Assembly (NCBI GenBank): GCA_030704615.1
Contig: CM060731.1
Span: 56,916,001 to 56,980,000, forward strand
DNA: 64,000 nt
Origin: Takakia lepidozioides
Lineage: Eukaryota; Plantae; Bryophyta
Direction of reading: 5' to 3'
Position 1 is the stretch's first letter; every line of letters starts with the position of its first letter. Under the pieces are notes generated by a model, which saw only the letters and a list, made by a program, of their open reading frames with translations, did not search any database and was not told where the DNA came from. A program made the translations under genes and the position numbers. Positions 36,315 through 47,493 of this stretch are shown one piece after another.

Positions 36315-36665
36315 TCATGAAGTTGTGGCATGAATACTTTTCTGACCCTAGTCAATGGTGGCCCAATTGTGGCAAAAAGGTGAATGCCTGTTGGATTACA
36401 AGGAGTAGCAGATGCAATTGAGCATAAGAACTAGAGTGAGAAGTTGAGTTGGGTGTTTCCTAGAACAAATGTAGGCTGTTATTGTCAGCTGCTACCAGCA
36501 AGGCAAGGATGTATGCATAATTTGTGCAGAGGCATTGATAGCTGAAGGAGCAGGGATAGAGTGTGAGTCCAGATTCATCCAAGAGGGCCACATTTCAAGC
36601 ACAACATTGCCTATGATTCCTTGTGGAAGGATAGCTACAAGAAACCTACATGGGTAGATGGTCAA
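36315..36665 (+). pseudogene. Captured two-exon PDF-motif (OSB-type) fragment
   Basis: KLWHEYFSDPSQWWPNCGKK | GT..AG | IHPRGPHFKHNIAYDSLWKDSYKKPTWV; paralogous to ~44990-45350 on the minus strand. Confidence 0.75.
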
Positions 36666-36779
36666 TATCATATACACTATAGATTATGATGTACTATTCA
36701 AGTGGCATAATCACAATGTAATGAATTTTGATGATTTCTTGGAAATATAAGATAGTGTTTTTGGTAGTGTGTCAAATAT

Positions 36780-37900
36780 GTTAGAAGAAAAAAAATTAAA
36801 AAAAAAATTAAAAAAATAAAAACGAAAAAGAAAGAACGAAGAGAAAAAATGAAGAGAAAAAATGAAGAGAAAAAGAAGGGAAACTTCTATTTCGATGAGC
36901 AACTCACACAGAAATACAAAGAACAAAGATAAAAAAAAAACATAAACAAAGATAGAAAGTGAAAGAAAAAAACAAATGAAGGCTACTCAGAAGAACTAGG
37001 AGATTTCTATTTTGCCACAGAACCGAAAGAATAAAGAAACATAAACAAACAACAGAAGCAAAGAAGAAAGACAAATGAAGAGGAAAGAAACAAAACGAAA
37101 GAGAAAGAACGAAGAGAAAGAAAGAATGGAAAGTTTTATGTTGTTGTACAATTCACACAGAAATACAAAGAACAGAGATCGGAAAGAAACATAAACAAAG
37201 AACAGAAAGCGAAGGAAAAAAACAAATGAAGGCTACTCAAAACTACAACTAGGAGACAATTCGTTTAGCCACAACATAAACAAACAACAAAAACAAAGAA
37301 GAAACACAAACAAGGAGGAAAAAAAACAAAATGAAAAAGAATGAATAGACAGTTCTATTCCGCTGAATAACTCACACATAAATACAAAGAACAGAGATAA
37401 GGAAGAAACATAAACAAAGAACAGAAAGTGAAAGAAAAAAACAAATGAAGGTTACTGAGAAGAACTAAGAGACAGTTCTAATTTGCCACAGAACCGAAAG
37501 AACAAATAAACATAAACAAATAACAGAAGCAAAAAAGAAACACAAATGATGACAAAAAAGCAGAACTCAGAGACAATTCTATTCTATACAAAAACTTGCT
37601 TGCAGAAGAAAGCGAAGGAAATGATCCTCGTTCTGCATACTTATAGAGTTTTCAAAGAAAAAAAGACAACAGAATGAAAGAGAAAAATGAAGAGAAAGTT
37701 CTATTCTATCGAAAAACTCACACAGAAAGACAAAGAATAGAGATTAGAAAGAAACATAAACAGAGAACCAAAAGTGAAGAACAAAGACAAATGAAACTAT
37801 TAAAAAGAACTAAAAAACATTGTCAAAGAACCAAAAGGACAGAGAAACATAAACAAGTAACAGAAACAAGAGAAGAAAATGATCATCGTTTTCTATACTT
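36780..37900. repeat. A-rich degenerate tandem repeat (about 4 units of ~220-350 bp)
   Basis: CAA(C/T)TCACACAGAAATACAAAGAAC..AAACATAAACAAAG recurs near 36901, 37149, 37368 and 37715. Confidence 0.8.
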
Positions 37901-38169
37901 ATAGGGGAAAAAATGAGGTACAGTTTAAAAAGAATGAATGAAAAATAAAATAATTGGATGAAAACATAATGAAAATTTTCTATTTATTAACATTATCCCA
38001 CACACTAGATACTAATTTATGAAGGTTTATTTAAAGGATGTTGATGTATTACAAATAGTTGTATGAACGTTTATTGAAGGCAAAATCTTTGTTTTAATTG
38101 TAATAAATGGTGTCACCTACAAATAAATAGTACATGTGATTCTTAAAGTTGATATATTTATTATAGTTT

Positions 38170-40954
38170 CCCCCCCCCCTCCCCCCTAGGACTCCTTAGG
38201 GTTGCCCTAAGGAGTCCTAAGAGCAATGAAAATTAACAATTTGCATCTTTCTATTTTCCCCTCTTATGACTCCTTAGGGCTGCCATAGTAAGGAGTCCTA
38301 ATGACAATTATAAATAATAAAATACATCTTTCCATTGTCCTCCTTTTAGGAGGCTATTATAATTTATATCATTCTATTTTCCCATTCTTAGCGTCCTAAG
38401 GAGTCATAAGGGCAATTATAAATAATAATTTACATCTTTCAATTTTCCCCTCCTTAGGACGGCCCTAAGAGTCCTAAGGGCAATTATAAATAATAATTTA
38501 TATGTTTATATTTTCTCCCTCTTATAATCCCTTAGACTGCTGAAATGGGTCTTAAGGGCGATTATTTATGTCTTTCCATTTTTCTCCTCTTAGGACTGTC
38601 CTAAGAAGTCATAAGGGTAATTATAAATAATAATTTATATGTTTTTATTTTTCCCATTCTTTAGACTCTTTAGGGCGGCCCAACGGAGTCCTAAGGGCAA
38701 TTATAAATAATTTATATATTTCATTCTCCCTCTCTTAGGACTCCTTAGAGCCGTCCTAAGGAGTCCTAAGGGCAATTATAAATAATAATTTACATCTCTT
38801 AATTTTCCCCTTCTTAGGACTTCTTAGGGCGGCCCTAAGGAGTCCTAAGGGCAATTATAGATAATAATTTATATGTTTATATTTTCCCCCTCTTATAACC
38901 TCTTAGGTTGCTTAAACGGGTCTTAAGGGCAATTATTTATGTCTTTCCATTTTTCTCATCTTAGGACTCTTTAGGACTGTCCTATGAAGCCCTAAGGCTA
39001 ATTATAAATAATAATTTATACGTTTCTATTTTCCCTCTCTTATAACCCCTTAGGTTGCCTAAACGGGTTTTAAGGGCAATTATTTATGTCTTTCCATTTT
39101 TCTTCTCTTAGGACTCCTTAGGATTGTCCTAAGAAGCCCTAAGGATAATTATAAATAATAATTTATATGTTTTCATTTTCCCTTCTCTTAAGACTCCTTA
39201 AGGCCGCCCTAAGGAGCGGCCCTAAGGAGTCCTAAGGGCAATTATAGATAATAATTATATCATGTCTGAAGATGGTTCAGACCGAGTGCCCTTGAACGAA
39301 GAGGAGATGCTTGACCTGTTGGAGTCCGTCTTGCACGTTTGCTAGCTCATTCCAGGCTGAACACCGTGTCCTTTGTACGGCGTGGAATGATGCACCCACA
39401 TTTTATGACGCGGAGGTTAAGTTTGCTATCATCGAGGCTTGGTGGAACACGTCAGGTGCAGTGGAGACAACCAATCTGGGAGCCTTGCATAGCTGGTTGG
39501 GGTGGTGGCATTTCCGGTATCGACAGTTCGGACAGTACATGCGGGTGTATGGTGAGGACCCCAATGTTCTAATGGAGGGGAAAGAGAGATCATGTGGATT
39601 CCATTGGATGCAGAGTCTATCTCACACGTCGCACCGCTGCCCAGTTGGCCTGAGCGTTGTCTGCCATGAATCCCCTGAAATTGGGCTCTGGCAAACCCGC
39701 CCTTGCCATCTGCTCGTTTATGCCCTCCCACAGATGCATCTCAGACTGTGTGTCCTCCCCTTTCATCTCGCAGATTGCAATCGTCATGAGCCTCTTGGAG
39801 TGATAGTCATAAACATGCGCACCCATAGTCACCCACTGATGGTTTGTAATTCGCTTGATGTGGTCAAACATCACCCAAGCATTCGACAAGTTTCCAGTTG
39901 TCATGCGAGTGACCAAGTCGACTCCACTCCCAGGCCCACACGTCGACATTTTAAAAATGTAGCAACGATCGGATTCGCTGCCTTACCCTGGAAACCTGCT
40001 CCCTTGGCTGTAGTCATATCCAGTCCTTCATTTCACCTCCAGGATTGAGTGCATGTCCAACCCCCGGCCGAACTCCTGCTTGCAAGATACGATGTGTTTC
40101 ATTTTCCTCTTATAACTCCTTAGGTTACCTAAACTGCTCTTAAGGGCAATTATTTATGTCTTTCCATTTTTCTCCTCTTAGGACTCCTTAGGACTATCCT
40201 AAGAAGTCCTAAGGGTAATTATAAATAATAATATATATGTTTATATATGTTTATATTTCTATTTTCCACCTCTTAGGACTCCTTAGGGCGGCCCTAAGGA
40301 GTCCTAAGGGCAATTATAGATAATGATTTATATGTTTCCATTCTCCCCCTCTTATAACCTCTTAGGATGCCTAAACGGGTCTTAAAGACAAATATTTATG
40401 TCTTTCCATTTTTTTCCTCTTAGGACTTCTTAGGACTGTCCTAAGAAGTATTAAGGGTAATTATTAATAATAATATATCTGTTTTCATTCCCCCCATCTT
40501 AGAACTGCTTAGGGCCGCCCTAAGCAGTCCTAAGGGCAATTATAGATACTAATTTACATATTTCATAATAATTTACATAATAATTTATATATTTCCATTT
40601 TTTCCTCCCCTAGGAGTCCTAAGGGCAATTATAAATAATATCTTACTATTTTTCTTTAACATAGGTACTAACACGTAAAGGTTTATTTCAAAAAAGGATG
40701 TCAGTGTATTACAAATGGATGTATGAACGTTTATCGAAAATAAAGTTTTGTTTTCATTAAAATAAATGATGACTACCTACCAATTTTGTCGGTACATACC
40801 AATAAATAGTATATTTGATTCATAAATATAATGACCAAAGTTGATACATTTATTATTATAGTTTATATTTTTTCTATTTCCTTAGGAAATATTCTTTTCT
40901 CTTAGAGTTATAAATAATAATTTACATATTTCCATTTCCCCTCCCCTTAGGACT
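38170..40954. repeat. Array of long palindromes CTTAGGACTCCTTAGGGC-G-GCCCTAAGGAGTCCTAAG; resumes at 46480
   Basis: A perfect 37-bp palindrome at 40272-40308 and many degenerate copies, each followed by GGCAATTATAAATAATAATTTA. Confidence 0.9.
39261..40095. pseudogene. Shuffled fragments of a second GCM/Mutator-like transposase
   Basis: Homologous to ~20560-21400. Plus strand: WWHFRYRQFG and ERSCGFHWMQSL. Minus strand: KMSTCGPGSG..MFDH..FMADNAQAN. Confidence 0.85.
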
Positions 40955-43900
40955 AACTCTCATTTTTTAATAAAAGGGACTTGAATGCACCTATGGGCCC
41001 CGCCAGTACGGCCCATGGGGTGAGCTCATGAACCCGCCCCCCTTTCACCGGGTCTAGATTCTGAATTTTTTCGAAGTCCTAGTTCTTTATCGGCGGCGGA
41101 CCTTCTAGCGGACTAGCCAAATCCTCAACAGACTGACTCCCAACTGGCGAGCGGACTGACCAGCGGATTGGCGAGCGGATTGGTGATTGGCGAGCGGATT
41201 GACTCAGTCCGGCAGACTGGCGAGCGGACTCACCAGCAGACTGACGATTGACGAGCGGACTGACTGGCGAGCGGACTAACCAACAACGGACTCCAACTCG
41301 CGAGCGCCTAACGCCAACCTTCAGACCCTCCTCAAACAAAATATATATATTTATAATTAACACACATTACCGCCACAATGTCACCTGCCAGGATTTGAAC
41401 AGTAGACCTCACGTTCGTCACCAGTTGTTCTTTACCATCACACTAGCCGCTGCTTTCTACACACCCTTGAAATAATTATTTACTAGGGCTTCGCGTTGCT
41501 CCGCCCTACTAGCGACGAATTCTGAGAACTAAGTTCAATTTTTCACAAAAAAGGGGTGGGTCATCCCCACGGTGTTACATGCAGAGATCCCGCGTTTTGT
41601 TTTTTCTGGAAGAAAAATGGCGGATCTGCATTTCAATGTTCAATTTTCACAAGCCGCATCAATCAATAACAACATACCCAAATACCCTTACATTCACTAT
41701 ATGAACTTTCAAGCATCCACCGTGGGATTGGATCTTGGTGGGTTAAGGCTAGCTTTTGACAATATACATGCAAGTTCGTCAAGGGCTCCATCCAAAGCCA
41801 CACCACGAGAAACAAACAAACATGTCCAAATTTAATTAAGATGCTGAACAAACTTGTGCACATGACTGCCCCTCTCATCAAGCTCAATAAAATTCGTATT
41901 CACTTCCATCTTAAGGCTTTGGAGAAGCTCCACCCAGAATTATAGCAACACATAAGTCACGACATCCTGTTCATCCTACTTGAGGATAGATGTTGCCACA
42001 CATTCAGCCATCTCCACATTGCCATGGATTCTACAGGCACCAAGCAAGGCCTTCCACACCGCAACATCTGGATTGATTCACATTTTATCAATCAGGTACC
42101 TTGCCTCATGTAGTTGTCCCGTACGTCTAGAATGTCCACCATGCAGCTAAAGTGCTTTACTGGCAAGGTGACACCATGATGTTGACTCAGGGAATCAAAG
42201 TAACGTCTTCCTTCATTCAGTAGGCCAGTGTGGCTGCATACGGAGAGAACACATATAAAGGTGATATTGTCTAGCTTCAAGCCATTCTTTTGCATTCCTT
42301 CAAATAATTGCAGGACCTCCCTATAACAACCATGTTGGGCATATCCTGCGATCATCGGATTCCACGACACCACATTTCCTCACTGCACCCACATTTCGCA
42401 TACATGTCCACCAGGGCAGTGTCCAAAATGACATTTGGTACAATTCCAGCTTTGATGATGTCACCATGCACCCTTTGCCCTTTTCCAGGGCTGCCAGGCT
42501 TGCACAAGCATTGCAAACGCACACAAACGTGATGTGGTTGGACTTCACCCCTTACCCATCATTTGCTCATAGGTCTCTAAGGCCTCCATCCCGCGCCTGA
42601 TGCACCCACATTTGGCATACATGTCCACGAGGGTATTGTTCAGAATCACATCTGGTACAATTCCAGTTTTGGCGATGCAACCATGCACCTGTTTGCCCTT
42701 TTCCAGGGCTGCTAGACTTGTACACGAATTGCAAATGCACACAAACGTGATGTGGCTTCACCCCTTCCCCCATCATTTGCTCATAGGTCTCCAAAGCCTC
42801 CATCCCACGCCCCTGCTGTGCATACCCCTGCAAGCATCGCGTTCCACGACACCACATCTCGTTCAGCCATGGTGCTGAAATTAACTCCCATTGCATCCTT
42901 AATGCACCCACATGTGGCATACATGTCCACCAGGGCAGTGTTCAGGATGACATTAGGTACAATTCCAGCTTTAACGATGTCACCATGGACCTCTTTCCCC
43001 TTTTCCAGAGCTCCCAGGCTTGTACACGCATTGCAAACACCAACAAATGTGATGTGGTTGGTTTTCACCCCTTCGCACATCATTTGCTCATAGGTCTCCA
43101 AAGCCTCCATCCCGCACCTTTGTTGTGCATATCTTGCAATCATCACATTCCACGACACCACATCACGTTCAGCAATACTGTCAAACACTCCATTTGCATC
43201 CTCGATGCACCCACATTTGACATACATGTCCACCAGGGCAGTGTTCAGAATGACATCGGGTACAATTGTCGAACACTCCCTTCATACATGTCCACAAGGG
43301 TATTGTCCAGAATGACATTTGGTACAACTGCAGCTCTGACCAGGTCGCCATGGACCTCTTTGCCCTTTTCCAGAGTTGCCACGCTTGCACACGCATTGCT
43401 AATGCATAGAAACGTGATGTGGTTGGGCTTCACCCCTTGCACCATCATCTGATCATAGGTCTCCAAAGCCCCCATACCACGTCCCTGCTGTGGATACCCT
43501 GCAAGCATCGCGCTCCACGACACCACATCTTGTTCAGCCTCTTTGCCCTTTTCCAGGGCTGCCAGGCTTGCAAACCCACAGATGTGATGTGGTCAGGCTT
43601 CACCCCTTCCACCATCATTTGCTCATAGGTCTCCAAAGCCTCTGTCCCGCGATCCTGCTGTGCATACCCTGCAAGCATCGCGGTCCATGACACCACATTT
43701 TATTCAGCCATATTGTTGAACATTGCCTTCGCATCCTCAATGCTCCCACATTTGGCATACATGTCCATGAGGGCATTGTTCAGAATGACATTGGGTACAA
43801 TTCCAGCCCTGACAATGTCGCCATGGGCCTCTTTGCCCTTTTCCAGAGCTGCCAGGCTTGCGCATGCAATACAAACGCACACAAACGTGATGTGGTTGGG

Positions 43901-46479
43901 CTTCACCCCTTCCCTCATCATTTGCTCATAGGTCTCCAAAGCCTCCTTGCTGTGCATACCCTGCAAGCATCGCGCTCCACGACACCACATCTTGTTCAGC
44001 CTGCATATTGTTGAAAACTGCCTTTGCATCCTTAATGCACCCACATTTGGCATACATGTCCACCAGGGCAGTGTTCAGAATGACATCTGGTACAATTCCA
44101 GCTTTGACGATCTCATCATGGACCTTTTTCCCCTTTTCCAGGGCTCCCAGGCTTGCACACGCATTGCAAACGCAAACGAATGTGATGTGGTTGGGCTTCA
44201 CCCCTTCGTGCATCATTTGCTCATAGGTCTCCAAAGCATTCGTACCACACCCATGTTTGGTAAATCCTGCCAACATTACATTCCACGTGATCAAAGATGG
44301 TTGAGGCATTCTGTTGAACACTTGGTGAGCATCCATGATGCTCCCGCACTTAACATACATGTTGACAAGGGTGTTGAGTAGAAAAACATTTGGCTAAATC
44401 CACTTAGGATAATGTGAGTGTGCACTTGCTTTCTAGTTTCAAGGCCTTTCATCTTGATGCACTTATGTAAGAGACAGACATACGTATCTGAATCTGCTGA
44501 AATGCATCCTTGGTTTAAAGTCTCATCTTTCAGTCTGCCTGCCTCACAAAGCATCTTCACATACCCAGAAGTTCCAAAAGAGGCATTGTGGACTCCCTCT
44601 CTTGATCCTCTTCCAAAAGTTGTGGTCATGGTTGAGGTGCTTGATAAGATGGAAAAATAGGGTGAAATAGGTCAAAGAAGAAGGTGCCCTCACCACATTG
44701 TCCTTGACCTTGTGTCATGACCCATGGAGGATTTGACCGACCATGAAACACCCAACTCAACTTATCACACTAGTTTAATTGCATTTGCTACTCTGATAAG
44801 AGGGGAAAACAAGTTGAAATGTGTTGAAGAATGCCTGGACTAGCAGTGCCTGACCTGTCAGTTTGCCTTCCGTACAAACATGCCCAGAAGTGCCAGAAGA
44901 GGCATTGTGGACTCCCTCTCTTGATCCTCTTTCAGAAGCTGTGGTCATGGTTAAGGTGCCTGATTCTATCAACTGTGTTGCTGCAGCTGCTGCCTTTAGT
45001 TGACCATATACCCATGCAGGTTTATTATAGCTATTGATCCACATGGAATCATAGGTCATCTGGAGCTTGAAGTCCGGCCCTCTTGGATGAATTTGTCCAC
45101 CCACAAACTATCCCTGCTCCTTCAGCTATCCATGCCTCTGCACAAATCATACACACATCCTTGCCTTGCTACTATCAGCTGACAAAGACAGCCTAGATTT
45201 GTTCTAGGAAACACCCAACTCAACTTATCACACTAGTTCCTATGCTCAATTGCATCTGCTACTCTTTGTAATCCAACAGGCATTCACCTTTTTGCCTCGA
45301 TTGTCCCACCATTGACTGGGGTCAGAAAAGTATTCATTCCACAGCTTCTCCTCATCTCTGTTACTTGTTTATGCATACTTCCCTGTTGTCACATTGGCAG
45401 TATCATGTCAAACTCACTCCAAACAGGGTGAAATGTGTTGAAGAAGCTGCCTTCATTAGCAGACGTGACCCTTTCGGGTATCACCCCTTCCAGTATCATT
45501 TGCTCATAGATCTCCAGAGCCTCCCTACCATACCCATGCTGAGCATATCCCGTGATCATGGCTTCCAAGAGACCACATCTTGTTGAGTTACATTGTCAAA
45601 CACTTTGCGCGCTTCTACATTTAGCATACGGGCTGTCTCCAGAATGATAGGTCAGAAAAGTATTCATTCCACAGCTTCTCCTCGTCTCTGTTACTTGTTT
45701 CTGCATACTTCCCTGTTGTCACATTGGCAGTATCATGTCAAACACTTGATGTGCCTTCATTAGTAGAGTAAATGTGACCCTGTCGGGTAACACCCCTTCC
45801 AATATCATTTGCTCATAGATCTCCAGAGCCTCCCTACCATACCCATGCTGAGCATATCCCGTGATCATCATGACATTCCAAGAGACCACATCTTGTTGAG
45901 TTACATTGTCAAACACTTTGCGCGCTTCTACATTTAGCATACGGGCTATCTCCAGAATGATATCTGACCCAATTCTAGCTTTGATGATGTTAGCATGTAC
46001 CTCTGTGCCCTTTTCAAGAGCTTGGAGGCTCTCACACGCACGAAGAACGCAGAAAAATACCCTCTTGTTTGGGGTGAGCCCTTGGTGTGCCGAATCGCCT
46101 CCTTGGTTCACAATGCGCAGCGCCCCTTCAGGCCATTCAAGAAAGCTTCGGGTCAAGAAACATTCTGGGTTTTCGGGCAGGCCGGGCAGGTTCGACGAAA
46201 ATTGACGACGACGAAATGTGGCGACGATGACGTGGCACTATGGCACCCTATTCCTCCTCTACGCTAAACTAGCTTCCAACCTTATGTTGTCGCTAGAATT
46301 TATATCTACATTTGAGGTGTTTTGGGGGCCCAACAGACTCGCTCCCCTCTCGCTTCCCCAGCAGACTGACCCTGCCGGGTAGGGGTCGCCCCACCCTGCG
46401 CAACCCCCTGTGCCACCCGTGGGGCCCGCCACAACCACATGTGCCCGCATTCAAGTCCCAATTATCAAACAATGAGAAG
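40955..46479. mobile_element. Nested Pack-type (Mutator-like) element carrying PPR gene fragments
   Basis: Imperfect ~31-bp TIRs with a perfect core, GGGACTTGAATGC (40976) and GCATTCAAGTCCC (46447-46459). Flanked by direct CCTTAGGACT at 40945-40954 and 46480-46489. Confidence 0.7.
41880..46156 (-). pseudogene. PLS-class (E-domain) pentatricopeptide repeat pseudogene fragments with an N-terminal PDF motif
   Basis: Repeated VVSWNAMLAGYAQQG / EGVKPNHITFVCVCNACAS / NTALVDMYAKCG motifs, then HFSCMVDIL and VAVWKALLGACRIHGNVE (E domain, ~42000-42070). Many frameshifts. PDF motif exons lie at ~44990-45350. Confidence 0.92.
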
Positions 46480-47493
46480 CCTTAGGACTCCTTAGGACAA
46501 TCAAGAGTCCTAAGGGCAGTTATAAATAATATTTTTCTATTTTTCTATTTTTAACATAGATACTAACACGTAAAGGTTTATTTCAAAAAATGATGTCAAT
46601 GCATTACAAATGGATGTATGAACGTTTATCGAAAATAAAGTTTTGTTTTAATTATAATAAATGATGACAACCTACCAATTTTGTCGGTACTACCAATAAA
46701 TAGTATATGTGATTCATAAATATAATGACCAAAGTTGATACATTTATTATAGTAATTTATATATTTTTTATTTCCCTTAGAAATTTTCTTTTCTTTTCTA
46801 CCTTCATTCAGAAGGCCAGTGTGGCTTTTTGCAGTCCGACTTTCTTAATTAATTACAGTAGAAAAATAGATTGAAATACTTAGAATCAGATTGTTACATG
46901 TCCGATCTTTAGATGTTAATGAAAGTGAGACTGAATGTTGTGTGATAGATCTTTGAATATATATGTATATATATATATAACATACTTGTTTAAGAGCATG
47001 GTGTAGTTATAAATGAATGGTTGTATAAAAGTTAAAATTTGAATAATGTTTTATTATTTTTAATTGTAAATATATGTTGATTTAATTCGTACAGTAATAT
47101 AACTTTTAATGATTCTAATAAGTTTAGGTTATGACTAAAAAGATGAATATTAAAAACAACTAAACAAATGATTAAAATATGAAGATAAACTATTAAATCT
47201 TTTATTACTTGCTATGTGCAACTCGTTCTTGCACTTGAGTCTAGAAGTGGTCTAAATAAATAAATAAATAAAATTTTAAAAAAATGGTCTGGCATCCTTC
47301 TATCTTACCAAGTTAAGATCCACTAGTAACTATGGTTGTTGTCGATGGGTGGTCTGTGATATTTTGTGATGTCGACTGATTATTTCGGTGGCAATTGAAT
47401 CTCTTGCAAGTGAAATCATAGATACCATCGCACATTACATTGTCCTTGATGCACTATTGTCCTACTATCTACAGTACGAATTTTGCGTCCACT

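Larger units (their letters stand above)
33637..47307. mobile_element. ~13.7-kb composite insertion, absent from the paralogous flanks
   Basis: The empty site GATGATGTTTTTT|CCAAGTT is intact in the copy-3 flank (reverse complement at ~60088-60107). Here it is split. The ends carry the inverted 10-mer AGGATGCCAG (33637-33646) and CTGGCATCCT (47289-47298). Confidence 0.8.

Noticed and set aside
41120-41300. ORFs over GGCGAGCGGA(C/T)TG repeats
   Set aside because: Short subterminal tandem repeats of the Pack-type element; the ORFs are by-products.
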